Origin: Bacteroidota bacterium
Lineage (GTDB): Bacteria; Bacteroidota; Bacteroidia; 2-12-FULL-35-15
Assembly (NCBI GenBank): GCA_005772895.1
Contig: SXIH01000011.1
Location: 4,371 to 68,370 of the forward strand
Reading direction: 5' to 3'
Length of the DNA stretch: 64,000 nucleotides
A program made the position numbers and the translations under genes. Numbering within the stretch: position 1 is the stretch's first letter; every line of letters starts with the position of its first letter. The notes beneath the pieces were generated by a model, which saw only the letters and a list, made by a program, of their open reading frames with translations, ran no database searches and was not told the DNA's origin. Below, piece after piece: positions 1 to 10,451 of the stretch.

Positions 1-1131
1 ACCATAATACCATTGGGCATTGTCCAATACTCCATTTTCATTTGCATCTAAATATAAGCGATCATAGCGTGGAGCATTTGATGTAGCAGAATAATGAAAT
101 GCGTACTCGATTTCAAATATATTGTTTGGCTGAAACAATATTTTTTGCATTAAATTAAACTGGCTAAATCCTGAACCTACTTGAAGAGTAGAGTCATTAT
201 TTACAAACATGGAATCTTTTCCATCAATTGTTTCCACATAAGAAGGCCGTAAAAAATAGTTGTTGCCGTGTTTCCCAGTTCGCAAATCATCGTAATCTGA
301 AAATGTTAAACTTGTTAAAAAAGCCCATTTTTTAAATCCGATATTAAAGTCGAGATGTCCTGTTTTCTCAGTATTAGCAGTTGAATATCTTCCAAAGGTG
401 CTTCCTGTAAAAGACATTTTGCCGGCACTGTCTTTTGTTGTTTTGGGTTTTAATGTATGAAAATCCATCACCCCACCAATCGCGTCACTACCATACATAA
501 CAGCACCGGGACCAAAAAGAATCTCTGTGCTTTCTATTGATGACGCATCTATGGAAATAACATTCTGCAAATTTCCTGACCTGAAAATAGCATTGTTCAT
601 TCTTATTCCATCAACAACTATCATAACCCTGTTAGTAGCAAATCCTCTCAAATTAGGAGATCCCCCAGCAAGCTGGCTTTTTTGGATAAATACATAGCCG
701 CTTGTTTCCAATACGTCAGCAGAAGTTTGTGAGTTTTGAAATGCAATATTTTTTTTAGAAATTTTTTCAATCCGGTTGGGAGCTTCAATCTTATCTTCTT
801 CCCATCTGTTGGATGATATGGTTATTGCTCCTAATGATATTGGGGTTTCCGACAATTCAATTTTGAATTTATTCAATTCAATTTCTTTGTAATTACTAGC
901 AAGAGTTGAATATCCTACAATTTTAAAAAAGATCGTATCAGCAATTTTAAAAGGAGAAATATCTGCTTGCCCTTTGTTATTTGTTTCAATTGATAATTTT
1001 GGTTGATTAGAAAAAACAACCACTCCGGGAATTGTTTCCCTTGTAGTTTTATCAATTAATGTAATAATTTGAGATGTTGCGTTTAATATAAAAAATATTA
1101 AAGCAACAGTTAGTATCTGTTTCTTGCTCAT
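1..1131 (-). CDS. TonB-dependent outer-membrane receptor, N-terminal part (runs off window start)
   Basis: Reverse-strand translation from the ATG at 1131 gives MSKKQILTVALIFFILNA..., followed by a plug-like stretch ...NRVMIVVDGIRMNNAIFRSGNLQNV...GPGAVMYGSDAIGGVMDF. This is typical of TonB-dependent receptors. The ORF is open to the window edge. Confidence 0.6.
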   Translation of the reverse strand, partial: MSKKQILTVALIFFILNATSQIITLIDKTTRETIPGVVVFSNQPKLSIETNNKGQADISPFKIADTIFFKIVGYSTLASNYKEIELNKFKIELSETPISLGAITISSNRWEEDKIEAPNRIEKISKKNIAFQNSQTSADVLETSGYVFIQKSQLAGGSPNLRGFATNRVMIVVDGIRMNNAIFRSGNLQNVISIDASSIESTEILFGPGAVMYGSDAIGGVMDFHTLKPKTTKDSAGKMSFTGSTFGRYSTANTEKTGHLDFNIGFKKWAFLTSLTFSDYDDLRTGKHGNNYFLRPSYVETIDGKDSMFVNNDSTLQVGSGFSQFNLMQKILFQPNNIFEIEYAFHYSATSNAPRYDRLYLDANENGVLDNAQWYYG

Positions 1132-1206
1132 AAAAGTTGATTTTAATAAATAACATACAACTAGTACAATAGACTAATTGCATTAATGAATGGTTGTGTT
1201 ATTTAT

Positions 1207-1746
1207 TTAAAAACGGGGAGGAGGTGTAGTTATAGATTTTTCAACAGAAGCATATTGCTTGCTGGACGAATTAAATTTAAAAGAAGTAACTCTTTTAAAA
1301 ATAGTTAATGAAATTGTTTCGAAAAAATAAGTTAGTGTCTGTAGGTCAGCTCCTTTTTTAGAAGAAGTATTTTTTGAATTTTTATTTTGTTCAATTTGTT
1401 TTAGAACCTGTTCCTCTAAATGTTGAAACAATTGTTTTTCTTGTTTGTCGTTAATGCAATAATAAGTGGTAATCCCATTTTTGTTTGTTTTTTTTACAAT
1501 ATCAAACATCTGATTATTGTATATGAACTCTTTTCCTTTTTCAATCCAGTGAATTTCGGCTATTTCTTCACTGCTAAATTGAATAGCAGTAAGTTCATTT
1601 TCATTAAGCTTTGATTTTAACTCCTTTTTTATTTCACTCTTGATTTTGTATTGAGCAGCTTTAAAAAAAACATAATACCCAACTGTATTAAACAGAAAGA
1701 TGGTAAGTAAAAATATAGCTGCTGCTTTTTTCATTGTGACATACAA
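1207..1746 (-). CDS. hypothetical membrane-anchored protein
   Basis: 179-aa ORF with a hydrophobic N-terminal segment (AAAIFLLTIFLFNTVGYYVFF). No recognisable catalytic motif. Confidence 0.4.
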   Translation of the reverse strand: MYVTMKKAAAIFLLTIFLFNTVGYYVFFKAAQYKIKSEIKKELKSKLNENELTAIQFSSEEIAEIHWIEKGKEFIYNNQMFDIVKKTNKNGITTYYCINDKQEKQLFQHLEEQVLKQIEQNKNSKNTSSKKGADLQTLTYFFETISLTIFKRVTSFKFNSSSKQYASVEKSITTPPPRF

Positions 1747-1845
1747 ATATAACTATTTGCAATTTTTAAAACAAATCCTGTCTTTTTGTCGTTTTATACC
1801 TTTGGTACAAACATTGAGTTATTAAAACCAATATATTTACTCTAA

Positions 1846-2544
1846 ATGCGAAATATTACCTCGAAAATATTTTTCAGCTTTTTATATCCTACATTATTTG
1901 TAACAATATTATGGGGAATAAAACTGTTTGAAATAGTTGAGCAGATTAATTTATCGTGGTATGGGTTGTATCCCAGACGAATTGATGGTTTGATTGGAAT
2001 AGTTACAGCTCCTTTGCTGCATGGTGATTTACCTCATTTGATTTCTAATACTTTTCCTCTTTTAGTCTTAGGTCCTATTATTTTTTATTTCTACAGAGCC
2101 ATAGCATTTAATGTTTTCTTTTGGGTTTATATTATGACAGGTGTCTGGGTTTGGGCTGCAGGTGGCGATGCTTATCATGTAGGCGCCAGTGGTATTATTT
2201 ATGGATTTATTACGTTCTTATTTTTTAGTGGTATTTTCAGAAAAGATACTCGACTTTTAGCCCTTTCCTTATTTGTTACATTTTTATATGGAAGTGCTGT
2301 TTGGGGTGTTTTGCCATATCAAAAAGGAATCTCGTGGGAATCACACATGTTGGGATCTTTAGCCGGATTAATTACAGCCTATAATTTCAGAAAAGAAGGT
2401 CCTCCTCCCCGCAAATACGATTTTGGAGATGAATCAGAAAACGAAAAAATAGATGTAAGCGGAGAAGAACAGTTTGCACATGAAGAAGAGCCTCCAACTT
2501 CTGTAAACGTAAATTATACCTTTATCGAAAAGGATAAAGAGTAA
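1846..2544 (+). CDS. rhomboid-family intramembrane serine protease (putative)
   Basis: Multi-TM ORF with a GxSG-type motif (GASGIIYGF) and a downstream His in a TM segment (SHMLGSLAGL), as in the rhomboid catalytic dyad. Confidence 0.55.
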   Translation: MRNITSKIFFSFLYPTLFVTILWGIKLFEIVEQINLSWYGLYPRRIDGLIGIVTAPLLHGDLPHLISNTFPLLVLGPIIFYFYRAIAFNVFFWVYIMTGVWVWAAGGDAYHVGASGIIYGFITFLFFSGIFRKDTRLLALSLFVTFLYGSAVWGVLPYQKGISWESHMLGSLAGLITAYNFRKEGPPPRKYDFGDESENEKIDVSGEEQFAHEEEPPTSVNVNYTFIEKDKE

Positions 2545-2636
2545 TTTACTTTTTCTTCAATCAATTCGAAAGGTTTATTTTGACTACCTTTGCGCCTTCT
2601 AAAAATTAATTTAGAACATTAACTATTTCTTTAGCT

Positions 2637-4544
2637 GTGAATTATTTATCGGTAGAATCGCTTACCAAGTCATTTGGAACAAAAGCATTGTTTAATAAAA
2701 TTAGTTTTGGATTGAACCAAGGCGATAGAATTGCATTGATTGCAAAAAATGGTGCCGGTAAATCTACGTTGTTGAAAGTACTTGTTGGTAAAGAGATTGC
2801 AGATGAAGGTTCGGTTACTTTCCGAAAAGATATTGTAGTAACCTACCTGGATCAAAATCCGATTTTGAATGAGAACGATACTGTGTTGGAGGCAATTTAC
2901 AATACTGATAATCCAATGTTAAATGCTGTTAGAGCTTATGAAGAAGCACTTCAAGTATTTGAAAAAGAGTATAATGACGAAACTTCAGCAAAACTGGAAA
3001 CCTGCACGGCTCAAATGGATAAGCTTGATGCTTGGGGATTTGAAGCGAAAGTTCAGGAAGTTTTGCAGCGATTAAAAATTGCTTTTCTTGATAAACAAAT
3101 AGGTATGCTTTCGGGCGGACAAAAAAAACGAGTGGCATTGGCTAAAGTTTTGATTGATGAGCCACATCTTTTAATTTTAGATGAGCCTACCAACCATTTG
3201 GATGTTGAGATGATTGAATGGTTGGAAAATTATTTGGTTTCACGTGACATGACATTGCTACTTGTAACACACGATAGATATTTCTTAGATAGAATTTGTA
3301 ACGAAATTATTGAAATTGATAATGGAAAAATTCATCATTACCGTGGCGATTTTCAATATTATGTAGAAAAGAAAGCTGAACGAGAAGCTATGGAGAGCAG
3401 TGAGATTGATAAAGCAAAAAATTTATTCAGAAGAGAATTAGAGTGGGTGAGAAAAATGCCTAAAGCGCGTGGCACAAAATCCAAATCGCGGTTGAATGCT
3501 TTTGAAGATACAAAAGATAAGGCATTTAGTGGCAAGGTGGAAACCAAATTAGAGCTGGGAGTTAAGATGAGCAGGATTGGCGGAAAGATTCTTGAATTTA
3601 AACATATAAAGAAAGCTTTCGGAGAAACCAAAATTGTAAATGATTTCTCTTACATTTTTAAGAAAGGTGAAAAAATTGGAGTGATAGGAAAAAATGGTGT
3701 TGGAAAATCTACTTTTTTAAATATGATTATGGGCTTGGAAAACCCTGATTCAGGAGATATTCAAACAGGAGAAACAATGGTGTTTGGATATTACTCACAG
3801 GAAGGATTAAAGCTAACAGAAAATAAACGTGTTATTGAAGTTGTAAAAGACATAGCTGAATTTATTCCATTGGCTGATGGTTCTAAACTTTCCGCATCGG
3901 GATTATTGACAAAATTTTTATTTCCTCCGGATGTTCAATACAGTTTGGTTTCTAAGCTGAGCGGAGGTGAGAGAAGAAGATTGTATTTAATGACCATCTT
4001 AATAAAAAATCCCAATTTTTTAATTCTAGATGAACCTACTAACGATTTGGATATTGTTACTCTAAGTGTGTTGGAAGATTTTTTAACAAACTTTCAAGGT
4101 TGTGTTTTGATTGTAACTCACGACCGCTATTTTATGGACAAAATGGTGGATCACTTGTTTGTGTTTGAAGGTACTGGAGTTTTGCGCGACTTTCCCGGAA
4201 ACTATACAGAATACAGAGATAAAAAAGAGTTGGAAGATAAGGCTTCAAGTAAGTCTGGACAAACTGAAGTAGTGGAAAAAGAAGTGGTTGCTATTAAAGC
4301 TGAAGAAAAAAAAATTGATCTTGCTCCTAAAAAGAAATTGAGTTTCAAAGAAAAATTGGAATACGAACAGCTGGAAAAAGAAATTGCGAATCTGGAAACA
4401 GAAAAAGCAAAAATTACTTCTCTGCTAAATGCAGGGAGCGAAAATCACCAAGATGTTTTAAAGTGGAGTGAAGAAATCGGAACAATTATTTCGAAGTTGG
4501 ATGAAAAATCTTTTCGGTGGTTGGAGTTGAGTGAAAATGTTTAA
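2637..4544 (+). CDS. ABC-F family ATPase (Uup-like), GTG start
   Basis: Two ABC cassettes: Walker A GAGKST and GVGKST, signature motifs LSGGQKKR and LSGGERRR, and Walker B ILDEPTN twice. A C-terminal coiled-coil extension gives 635 aa, as in Uup. Confidence 0.85.
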   Translation: MNYLSVESLTKSFGTKALFNKISFGLNQGDRIALIAKNGAGKSTLLKVLVGKEIADEGSVTFRKDIVVTYLDQNPILNENDTVLEAIYNTDNPMLNAVRAYEEALQVFEKEYNDETSAKLETCTAQMDKLDAWGFEAKVQEVLQRLKIAFLDKQIGMLSGGQKKRVALAKVLIDEPHLLILDEPTNHLDVEMIEWLENYLVSRDMTLLLVTHDRYFLDRICNEIIEIDNGKIHHYRGDFQYYVEKKAEREAMESSEIDKAKNLFRRELEWVRKMPKARGTKSKSRLNAFEDTKDKAFSGKVETKLELGVKMSRIGGKILEFKHIKKAFGETKIVNDFSYIFKKGEKIGVIGKNGVGKSTFLNMIMGLENPDSGDIQTGETMVFGYYSQEGLKLTENKRVIEVVKDIAEFIPLADGSKLSASGLLTKFLFPPDVQYSLVSKLSGGERRRLYLMTILIKNPNFLILDEPTNDLDIVTLSVLEDFLTNFQGCVLIVTHDRYFMDKMVDHLFVFEGTGVLRDFPGNYTEYRDKKELEDKASSKSGQTEVVEKEVVAIKAEEKKIDLAPKKKLSFKEKLEYEQLEKEIANLETEKAKITSLLNAGSENHQDVLKWSEEIGTIISKLDEKSFRWLELSENV

Positions 4545-6385
4545 TTCTTTTGTAAATCTTTGAGTAATTCTTCCTGATTGTATTGTTTTAGAATATAATT
4601 CAGTCTTTCTGTGATTTCTTCTTGCCAGTCTTCATTATTGGAATCGTAAGTTCTGTTTTTATAATTATCAATATTATGCTTGATATTATAAATCAACACT
4701 TTTGAAATTTCATTTCCCTTTTTAAAATCACCAATTTGATAATATGCCTGAATCAATGAAGTAGTGTATATGTCGTAGTGTAATAGATTATCTGGTATTA
4801 GTTCCATGCATTTGTTTAATACTTTTTTTGCGGAATCTTTTTGATTTTTTGCAATGAGATCATAAATCAAAATTTGAAAACTAACTCTATAAGCACTACA
4901 TATGGCATGTTCGTTTGGAGTTATTGTGTTTAATCCTTTCCAATCATAAATATTCATTAAATTATTATAAAGATTTTTAGTATTTACATCAGCAAATTCA
5001 TAGTCGGATTCTTTTTGGTTTGCTAAAACTAATCTGTTGACTAAGCCTTCCTGCTGAAGATAATTATTGATGTTCAAAAAATTTCCTGTCAAGCCGGTAG
5101 CTGAATAGTAAATTGGCCTGTTTAATTTTGTGTTTGCAAGTACATCACATATAATCAAATCATTTTTTAAAAAATAACTGCCTTTTGCTTTCCAGCTTAT
5201 GGTACCATTTGGTGTAGTTAATTGTAATTGGTCTGTCGGGATGTAGGGATAGTTTGCAGTGCCTGTTGAATACGTATTATCATCGTCCGCAATAAAACTT
5301 ATCATTTTAGATAATTCCCAAGGTTTATCATCTGCGTTTTTATTAATAAGAATCAGTTCTCTTTTTTCAACTTTTATCTGAGCAGGAGAATAAGAAACCG
5401 GAAGAGGATCGGCAGATAGTATTTTATTGCGTAGAGAATTAATGTAACGATCTGTTTGTAGTAAACTCAAGTTTACTACAAGCACATCGGGTCTGATTCC
5501 ATATTGAGATTGAATATATAATAACGGATAGGTGTCAGTATCACCATAAGTAAAAAGGATTGCATTTTTTTCACAGGAATTCAGCATGTTTTTAGCAAAA
5601 GAAAGTATGAAATCGTTGTAAAGCCCTTGGCTAAGCTCTTTTTTGGCTTCTTCTTCATTTTGATAGATTCTCAGATTTAAAAAAATGGCCATTTGTTCGT
5701 TTGATAATTTTGTATCAATTGAACCTACAAGTGTCTCAAAATTAGGATTGAGTGCTTTCACTTTTTTATAATTTTCAAGCGCGAGATACTGATATTTTCT
5801 ATAAAGCTCAAGTTGTTTTGCGGTCATGCAATTCTGACCATCCGGTAAATCAAACCTTTCGGGTAAATCGTGCCCAGAGTTAATACTTATAAGATTACCT
5901 GAATAAGAAGAGTATGCTCTTGCCAAAGCATATAGTGTTGAATCGGGTAAGCCGTTTATATCTTCATAGTCATCAATTACATCTTTGTCCCAGCCTGCAT
6001 AACCATAGTATGGACTAAAGTCATAGTTTCTTTTATCCCATGATCGCAAAGCATACTTCATGCGGCTTTTATTTTCTTGATTTTCTTCAGTAGAATTTTC
6101 ACTTACCTTTTTTAATTTCAATTCCAGAAAACTCTTACTCTTTTTTGACCAGAATAGTTCATCATAAATGTTTTTGAAGGTGGCCGCATCCAACTTTGTT
6201 ATGTGCCATCCATCAGGTCTTTTTTCAAATTTTATTTCAGATTCTTCTGGCAAGATAGCGGGAGAATAGATGGTGTAAAATTTTTTCACCACTTCTTCAT
6301 AACCTGGATATACTGTATTGTCAATTCGTCCGCAGGATGCAAGACTAAAAAGGATAATAACCGAAGTAACTAGTGTTTTTATCAT
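4541..6385 (-). CDS. hypothetical lipoprotein (614 aa)
   Basis: Signal peptide with a lipobox-like LASCG. TPR-like helical C-terminus. No catalytic motif recognised. Confidence 0.45.
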   Translation of the reverse strand: MIKTLVTSVIILFSLASCGRIDNTVYPGYEEVVKKFYTIYSPAILPEESEIKFEKRPDGWHITKLDAATFKNIYDELFWSKKSKSFLELKLKKVSENSTEENQENKSRMKYALRSWDKRNYDFSPYYGYAGWDKDVIDDYEDINGLPDSTLYALARAYSSYSGNLISINSGHDLPERFDLPDGQNCMTAKQLELYRKYQYLALENYKKVKALNPNFETLVGSIDTKLSNEQMAIFLNLRIYQNEEEAKKELSQGLYNDFILSFAKNMLNSCEKNAILFTYGDTDTYPLLYIQSQYGIRPDVLVVNLSLLQTDRYINSLRNKILSADPLPVSYSPAQIKVEKRELILINKNADDKPWELSKMISFIADDDNTYSTGTANYPYIPTDQLQLTTPNGTISWKAKGSYFLKNDLIICDVLANTKLNRPIYYSATGLTGNFLNINNYLQQEGLVNRLVLANQKESDYEFADVNTKNLYNNLMNIYDWKGLNTITPNEHAICSAYRVSFQILIYDLIAKNQKDSAKKVLNKCMELIPDNLLHYDIYTTSLIQAYYQIGDFKKGNEISKVLIYNIKHNIDNYKNRTYDSNNEDWQEEITERLNYILKQYNQEELLKDLQKN

Positions 6386-6389
6386 TAAA

Positions 6390-6683
6390 TTATAATATTA
6401 CTTTCTGTTCAACACTCCATGCTTCTGCTTTAGCTTTAAATAGAGCTTTTGTCTTCGTCCAAACAGATGCAAATACTTCAGAGTTTCTATAGTTGTTCAA
6501 ATCATTTTCTGATTTCCAATAGCTATAAGTGAAAAAAATATTCGACTCATTTTTATCATTTAGTAATTCTAAATGTGAGCAGCCCGGCATATCGCGGATA
6601 AGTTGTTTTGATTCATCAAAGATTTTTAAAAATTCAGAAACCTTTTCTGGTTTAAAATTCATTTTTACTATGCGTATTATCAT
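6390..6683 (-). CDS. antibiotic-biosynthesis-monooxygenase (ABM)-like small protein
   Basis: 97 aa. Size and pattern (VKMNFKPEK...FFTYSYWKSENDLNNY...) resemble ABM/ActVA-Orf6-like domains. Confidence 0.45.
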   Translation of the reverse strand: MIIRIVKMNFKPEKVSEFLKIFDESKQLIRDMPGCSHLELLNDKNESNIFFTYSYWKSENDLNNYRNSEVFASVWTKTKALFKAKAEAWSVEQKVIL

Positions 6684-7438
6684 TGAAAACGAATGGTTAT
6701 AGAATCGTTGAGTTTTAAATTAAGCATACTGTTTGCCCTATCGCTATTCATAGATATCTCCAATTGATTGGCAGAGTTAAATAAGGCCAATATTTCTCCT
6801 TCAGGAACATCATTATAGGTTTTGCTGATCTTGAAAATTTCGTAGCGTGCGAATTCAATTTTAAATTCTCTCCCTTTGCCTACTTGATTAAATAGTGTTT
6901 GAGTAATATTACACATAACGTTTCCATATGAATCGATATACTCTACAGTTCCTCTTATCATATCGCCCATAGTAGCTGCACGGAAAGGCATGCGCTCCAA
7001 AAGACTTTCTTTTATTTTACCCAGTTCTTCCATTTTTGCACCTTTTGCCATTGCTGTTGCAGCAACCGCAAATACATCTCGGGTAGGAAATGTTGAAATC
7101 GAAGGGGCTAATTCAATGATTTTCTCAATGGTAGTATCTAAAAAGGAAAAAATTCCATTATCGGCACTTATAAAGTAGTGTCCGTCAGAAAAAACTATAA
7201 CGTGTGATGATTGATTCGTTTGTTCGGCTTTTATTCCAATAATATGAATACTTCCTTTAGGAAAATTAGGATAGGCATTTTTAATGATGTATGCAGCATC
7301 TTGTATATTATAAGTGGGTACTTGATGAGAAATGTCAACAATGGCAGCTTCTGGTAATCTGCTGAGAATAGAGCCTTTTACGGAGCCGATATAATGGTCT
7401 TTCAATCCTAAATCAGTAGTAAGAGTGATGATTGCCAT
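6680..7438 (-). CDS. SAM hydrolase / SAM-dependent halogenase family protein (DUF62-like)
   Basis: N-terminus MAIITLTTDLGLKDHYIGSVKGSIL...IVDISHQVP matches the conserved TDFG/D-x-SH pattern of the S-adenosyl-L-methionine hydroxide adenosyltransferase family. Length is 252 aa. Confidence 0.65.
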   Translation of the reverse strand: MAIITLTTDLGLKDHYIGSVKGSILSRLPEAAIVDISHQVPTYNIQDAAYIIKNAYPNFPKGSIHIIGIKAEQTNQSSHVIVFSDGHYFISADNGIFSFLDTTIEKIIELAPSISTFPTRDVFAVAATAMAKGAKMEELGKIKESLLERMPFRAATMGDMIRGTVEYIDSYGNVMCNITQTLFNQVGKGREFKIEFARYEIFKISKTYNDVPEGEILALFNSANQLEISMNSDRANSMLNLKLNDSITIRFQ

Positions 7439-7556
7439 TTGTTAGTAAATTGTGATTTTTTCGGTTTCCGTTTAACCCTAAGAATACACAAAAATATGTT
7501 ATTTTCGTGCTTTCTGAGAAAAAAATACAAGTTTTTATCCTAATTCAATTGTTAGC

Positions 7557-8507
7557 GTGAGTGAAAAGAAAATAATTCTGGAAGATATTGCACCTGTTAA
7601 TCTATATGGTGTGAATGATTCTAAATTAGAATTAATCAAAACTCGTTTCCCAAAATTAAAAATTGTTGCAAGAGGCGAAACTATTAAAGCGAGTGGGGAA
7701 GAGGAGGAATTGAATCAGTTTGAAATGGTAATTAATATTTTAATTGCCTACTACAACCGTTTTGGAAATCTCACGGAAAATGCCATCGAGCAAATTTTGA
7801 ATGGAAGAGCAAAGCGTAATGGAAGTGCTGAAAATACAAGTACATCAGACGATGTTATTACTTTTGGTAATAGCGGGTTAATTGTAAAAGCACGTACCGA
7901 TAATCAACGTAAAATGGTAGAAGCAATCACAAAAAATGATATGCTTTTCGCAGTTGGTCCAGCTGGTACTGGAAAAACATACACAGCAGTTGCTCTGGCT
8001 GTTCGTGCATTAAAGAATAAAGAAGTAAAAAAAATAATTTTAACTCGTCCAGCAGTTGAAGCAGGTGAGAATTTAGGTTTTTTGCCCGGTGATTTAAAAG
8101 AAAAATTAGATCCGTATTTGCAACCCTTGTACGATGCATTGGGCGATATGATTGCTCCTGAAAAGTTATCTTATTATCTTGAAAACCGTATAATACAAAT
8201 TGCTCCTTTAGCTTTTATGAGAGGTAGAACATTGGATAATGCTTTTGCTATTTTGGACGAAGCACAAAATGCAACAGAAGGGCAATTAAAAATGTTTTTG
8301 ACTCGAATGGGTTCTTCTGCAAAATTTGTAATTACTGGAGATATTACACAAATAGATTTACCAAAGCATCAGCCTTCTGGTTTGCCTCAAGCTATGCGTT
8401 TATTGAAAAATATTGAGGGTGTTGATATTGTTGAGTTAGATGGAACAGATGTGATACGTCATAAGTTGGTGAAGAAGATTGTGGAGATGTACGATCAGAA
8501 AAGTTAA
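7557..8507 (+). CDS. phoH: PhoH-family ATPase
   Basis: Walker A GPAGTGKTY. Characteristic LTRPAVEAGENLGFLPGDLKEKLDPYLQPLYDAL block. Length is 316 aa. Confidence 0.85.
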   Translation: MSEKKIILEDIAPVNLYGVNDSKLELIKTRFPKLKIVARGETIKASGEEEELNQFEMVINILIAYYNRFGNLTENAIEQILNGRAKRNGSAENTSTSDDVITFGNSGLIVKARTDNQRKMVEAITKNDMLFAVGPAGTGKTYTAVALAVRALKNKEVKKIILTRPAVEAGENLGFLPGDLKEKLDPYLQPLYDALGDMIAPEKLSYYLENRIIQIAPLAFMRGRTLDNAFAILDEAQNATEGQLKMFLTRMGSSAKFVITGDITQIDLPKHQPSGLPQAMRLLKNIEGVDIVELDGTDVIRHKLVKKIVEMYDQKS

Positions 8508-8628
8508 AAGAGCAAGAAGTCAAAAGTCAAAAGAAAAAAGTAGACAAATAAATTAGTAGACAATAGACAAAAAAAAGAAAATAAATAAATTCTCTAATTC
8601 ACTAAATCAACAAATCAATAATTTTAAC

Positions 8629-9567
8629 ATGGAAGCAATAACAGAAACGAAATTTAATTTTCCAAAACAAAAAAGTTTTTACAAAGGAAAAGTACGCGAT
8701 GTATATAATATTGATGATAAGCAGTTGGTAATGGTTGTGAGTGACCGTATTTCAGCTTTTGATGTGGTTCTACCCAAAGGAATTCCATATAAAGGTCAGG
8801 TTTTGAATCAAATTGCAGCAAAATTTTTGAAAGCTACAGAAGATATAGTTCCTAATTGGGTGATTTCAGTTCCCGATCCAATGGTTACTGTAGGATTGTT
8901 TTGTGAACCTTTTAAAGTGGAAATGGTTATCAGAGGATATTTGTCAGGGCATGCTTGGCGTGAGTATAAATCAGGAAAAAGATTGGTTTGCGGTGTAGCT
9001 ATGCCTGATGGAATGAAAGAGAACGACAAATTTCCTGAACCTTTAATTACTCCAACTACAAAAGCTTCTGTAGGCCACGATGAAGATATTTCTAAAGAAG
9101 AAATTTTGAAACAAGGAATAGTTTCAAAAGAGGATTACGAACAATTAGAAAAATATACACGTGCTGTATTTCAACGAGGAACAGAAATGGCAGCTAAGAT
9201 GGGTTTGATTTTGGTAGATACAAAATATGAATTTGGTAAAAAAGATGGAAAGATTTATTTAATTGATGAAATTCACACACCAGACTCATCGCGTTATTTT
9301 TATAAAGAAGGTTATGCTGATAGACAAGCAAAAGGAGAAGCACAAAAACAATTGTCGAAAGAATTTGTAAGAGAATGGTTGATGGCAAATGGATTTCAAG
9401 GTAAAGATGGGCAGAAAATTCCTGAGATGACTCCTGAAGTTATTAGTTCTATCTCAGATAGATATATTGAATTGTACGAAAATATAGTCGGAGAAAAATT
9501 TGTGAAAGCTGATGTTTCTGATGTTGTTGCTAGAGTGGAAAAGAATATAAATACTTTTCTGGGTTAA
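8629..9567 (+). CDS. purC: phosphoribosylaminoimidazole-succinocarboxamide synthase (SAICAR synthetase)
   Basis: N-terminal YKGKVRDVY...SDRISAFD motif and 312 aa length typical of the long-form PurC. Confidence 0.85.
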   Translation: MEAITETKFNFPKQKSFYKGKVRDVYNIDDKQLVMVVSDRISAFDVVLPKGIPYKGQVLNQIAAKFLKATEDIVPNWVISVPDPMVTVGLFCEPFKVEMVIRGYLSGHAWREYKSGKRLVCGVAMPDGMKENDKFPEPLITPTTKASVGHDEDISKEEILKQGIVSKEDYEQLEKYTRAVFQRGTEMAAKMGLILVDTKYEFGKKDGKIYLIDEIHTPDSSRYFYKEGYADRQAKGEAQKQLSKEFVREWLMANGFQGKDGQKIPEMTPEVISSISDRYIELYENIVGEKFVKADVSDVVARVEKNINTFLG

Positions 9568-9645
9568 AAGAGATATTATAAAATTCTGATAAAAAAAGAG
9601 ACTAACAATTATTGTTAGTCTATTTTTTTATAAAAATAGTTTTTG

Positions 9646-10356
9646 TTATGGTTGACAAATCGGATCAATAGTTGTGGTACCAGTAACTGTATTCCCGGAA
9701 ATCCTACATTCATTTACAACTGCTGATATTGTTAAATCTTTTCCGCCATTAACATTATTGTTTTTAACAATTACATAATTATCCGTATTAGAAGAAACAT
9801 TTCCATTGAAATTATTGCCACCTAAGTCTACAAAAGTAATTCCATTTGTAGAAAATTTTCCATTGATTGTACATGATTGGAATGAAACAACTGCATTGCT
9901 TCCCCCTCCAGTTACTTGAAAAGTTCCTCCGCCAATTGTTGCATTAGAATTGCATATTATTGAGGAATTGGCACCAATAGAAATATTTCCATTAGCATTA
10001 CCTCCTGAAACATATAATACACCTCCATTAACATTCACATTTCCTGAAATTTTTCCTGTGCTTTTTACAAAATACACTTCTCCAGTACCTATAGTTATAT
10101 TCCCAGAAGTGTTACCAGTAACAATTGTAGGTGTACTATCCAAAATAGTTGCAACGGTAAATACTAATGCGCCCGAAGCCAAATCGCGTGCAATTGTGCC
10201 TTCAACTAAATAACCTTCTGATACAGGGTTTCCCGAAACATAGTCGATTTCTACTCCTGGAGTGTAATCACCTCTTTTTAGAGCTTCAAAATTAGTAATT
10301 ACCAATTTACTAGGTCCGCCTCCGGTTCCTCCTCCTATAATAATACCTTTTGCCAT
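9646..10356 (-). CDS. Gly/Asn-rich repeat (beta-helix-like) protein, no signal peptide
   Basis: 236 aa. Starts MAKGIIIGGGTGGGPS, followed by quasi-periodic repeats (GNVNVNGGVLYVSGGNANGNISIGANSS...). No hydrophobic leader. Confidence 0.4.
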   Translation of the reverse strand: MAKGIIIGGGTGGGPSKLVITNFEALKRGDYTPGVEIDYVSGNPVSEGYLVEGTIARDLASGALVFTVATILDSTPTIVTGNTSGNITIGTGEVYFVKSTGKISGNVNVNGGVLYVSGGNANGNISIGANSSIICNSNATIGGGTFQVTGGGSNAVVSFQSCTINGKFSTNGITFVDLGGNNFNGNVSSNTDNYVIVKNNNVNGGKDLTISAVVNECRISGNTVTGTTTIDPICQP

Positions 10357-10451
10357 AATTTTATTTTTTTAGTGAATAATTGAATTTAGTTTGTCTTACA
10401 ATAATAATCAAAATATGATAATAATCAAATATTTTTTCAGATATTGCATTT

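Noticed and set aside
2670-3631. Small antisense ORFs inside the ABC-F gene (2670..2855, 2929..3138, 3359..3631)
   Set aside because: They are antisense to a strongly supported CDS with clear ABC motifs, so they are spurious.
8509-8628. A-rich, repetitive spacer upstream of purC (AGTCAAAAG x2, GTAGACAA x3), considered as a possible purine riboswitch
   Set aside because: It has no G-rich or structured core resembling the purine aptamer. It is more likely a low-complexity AT-rich promoter region.
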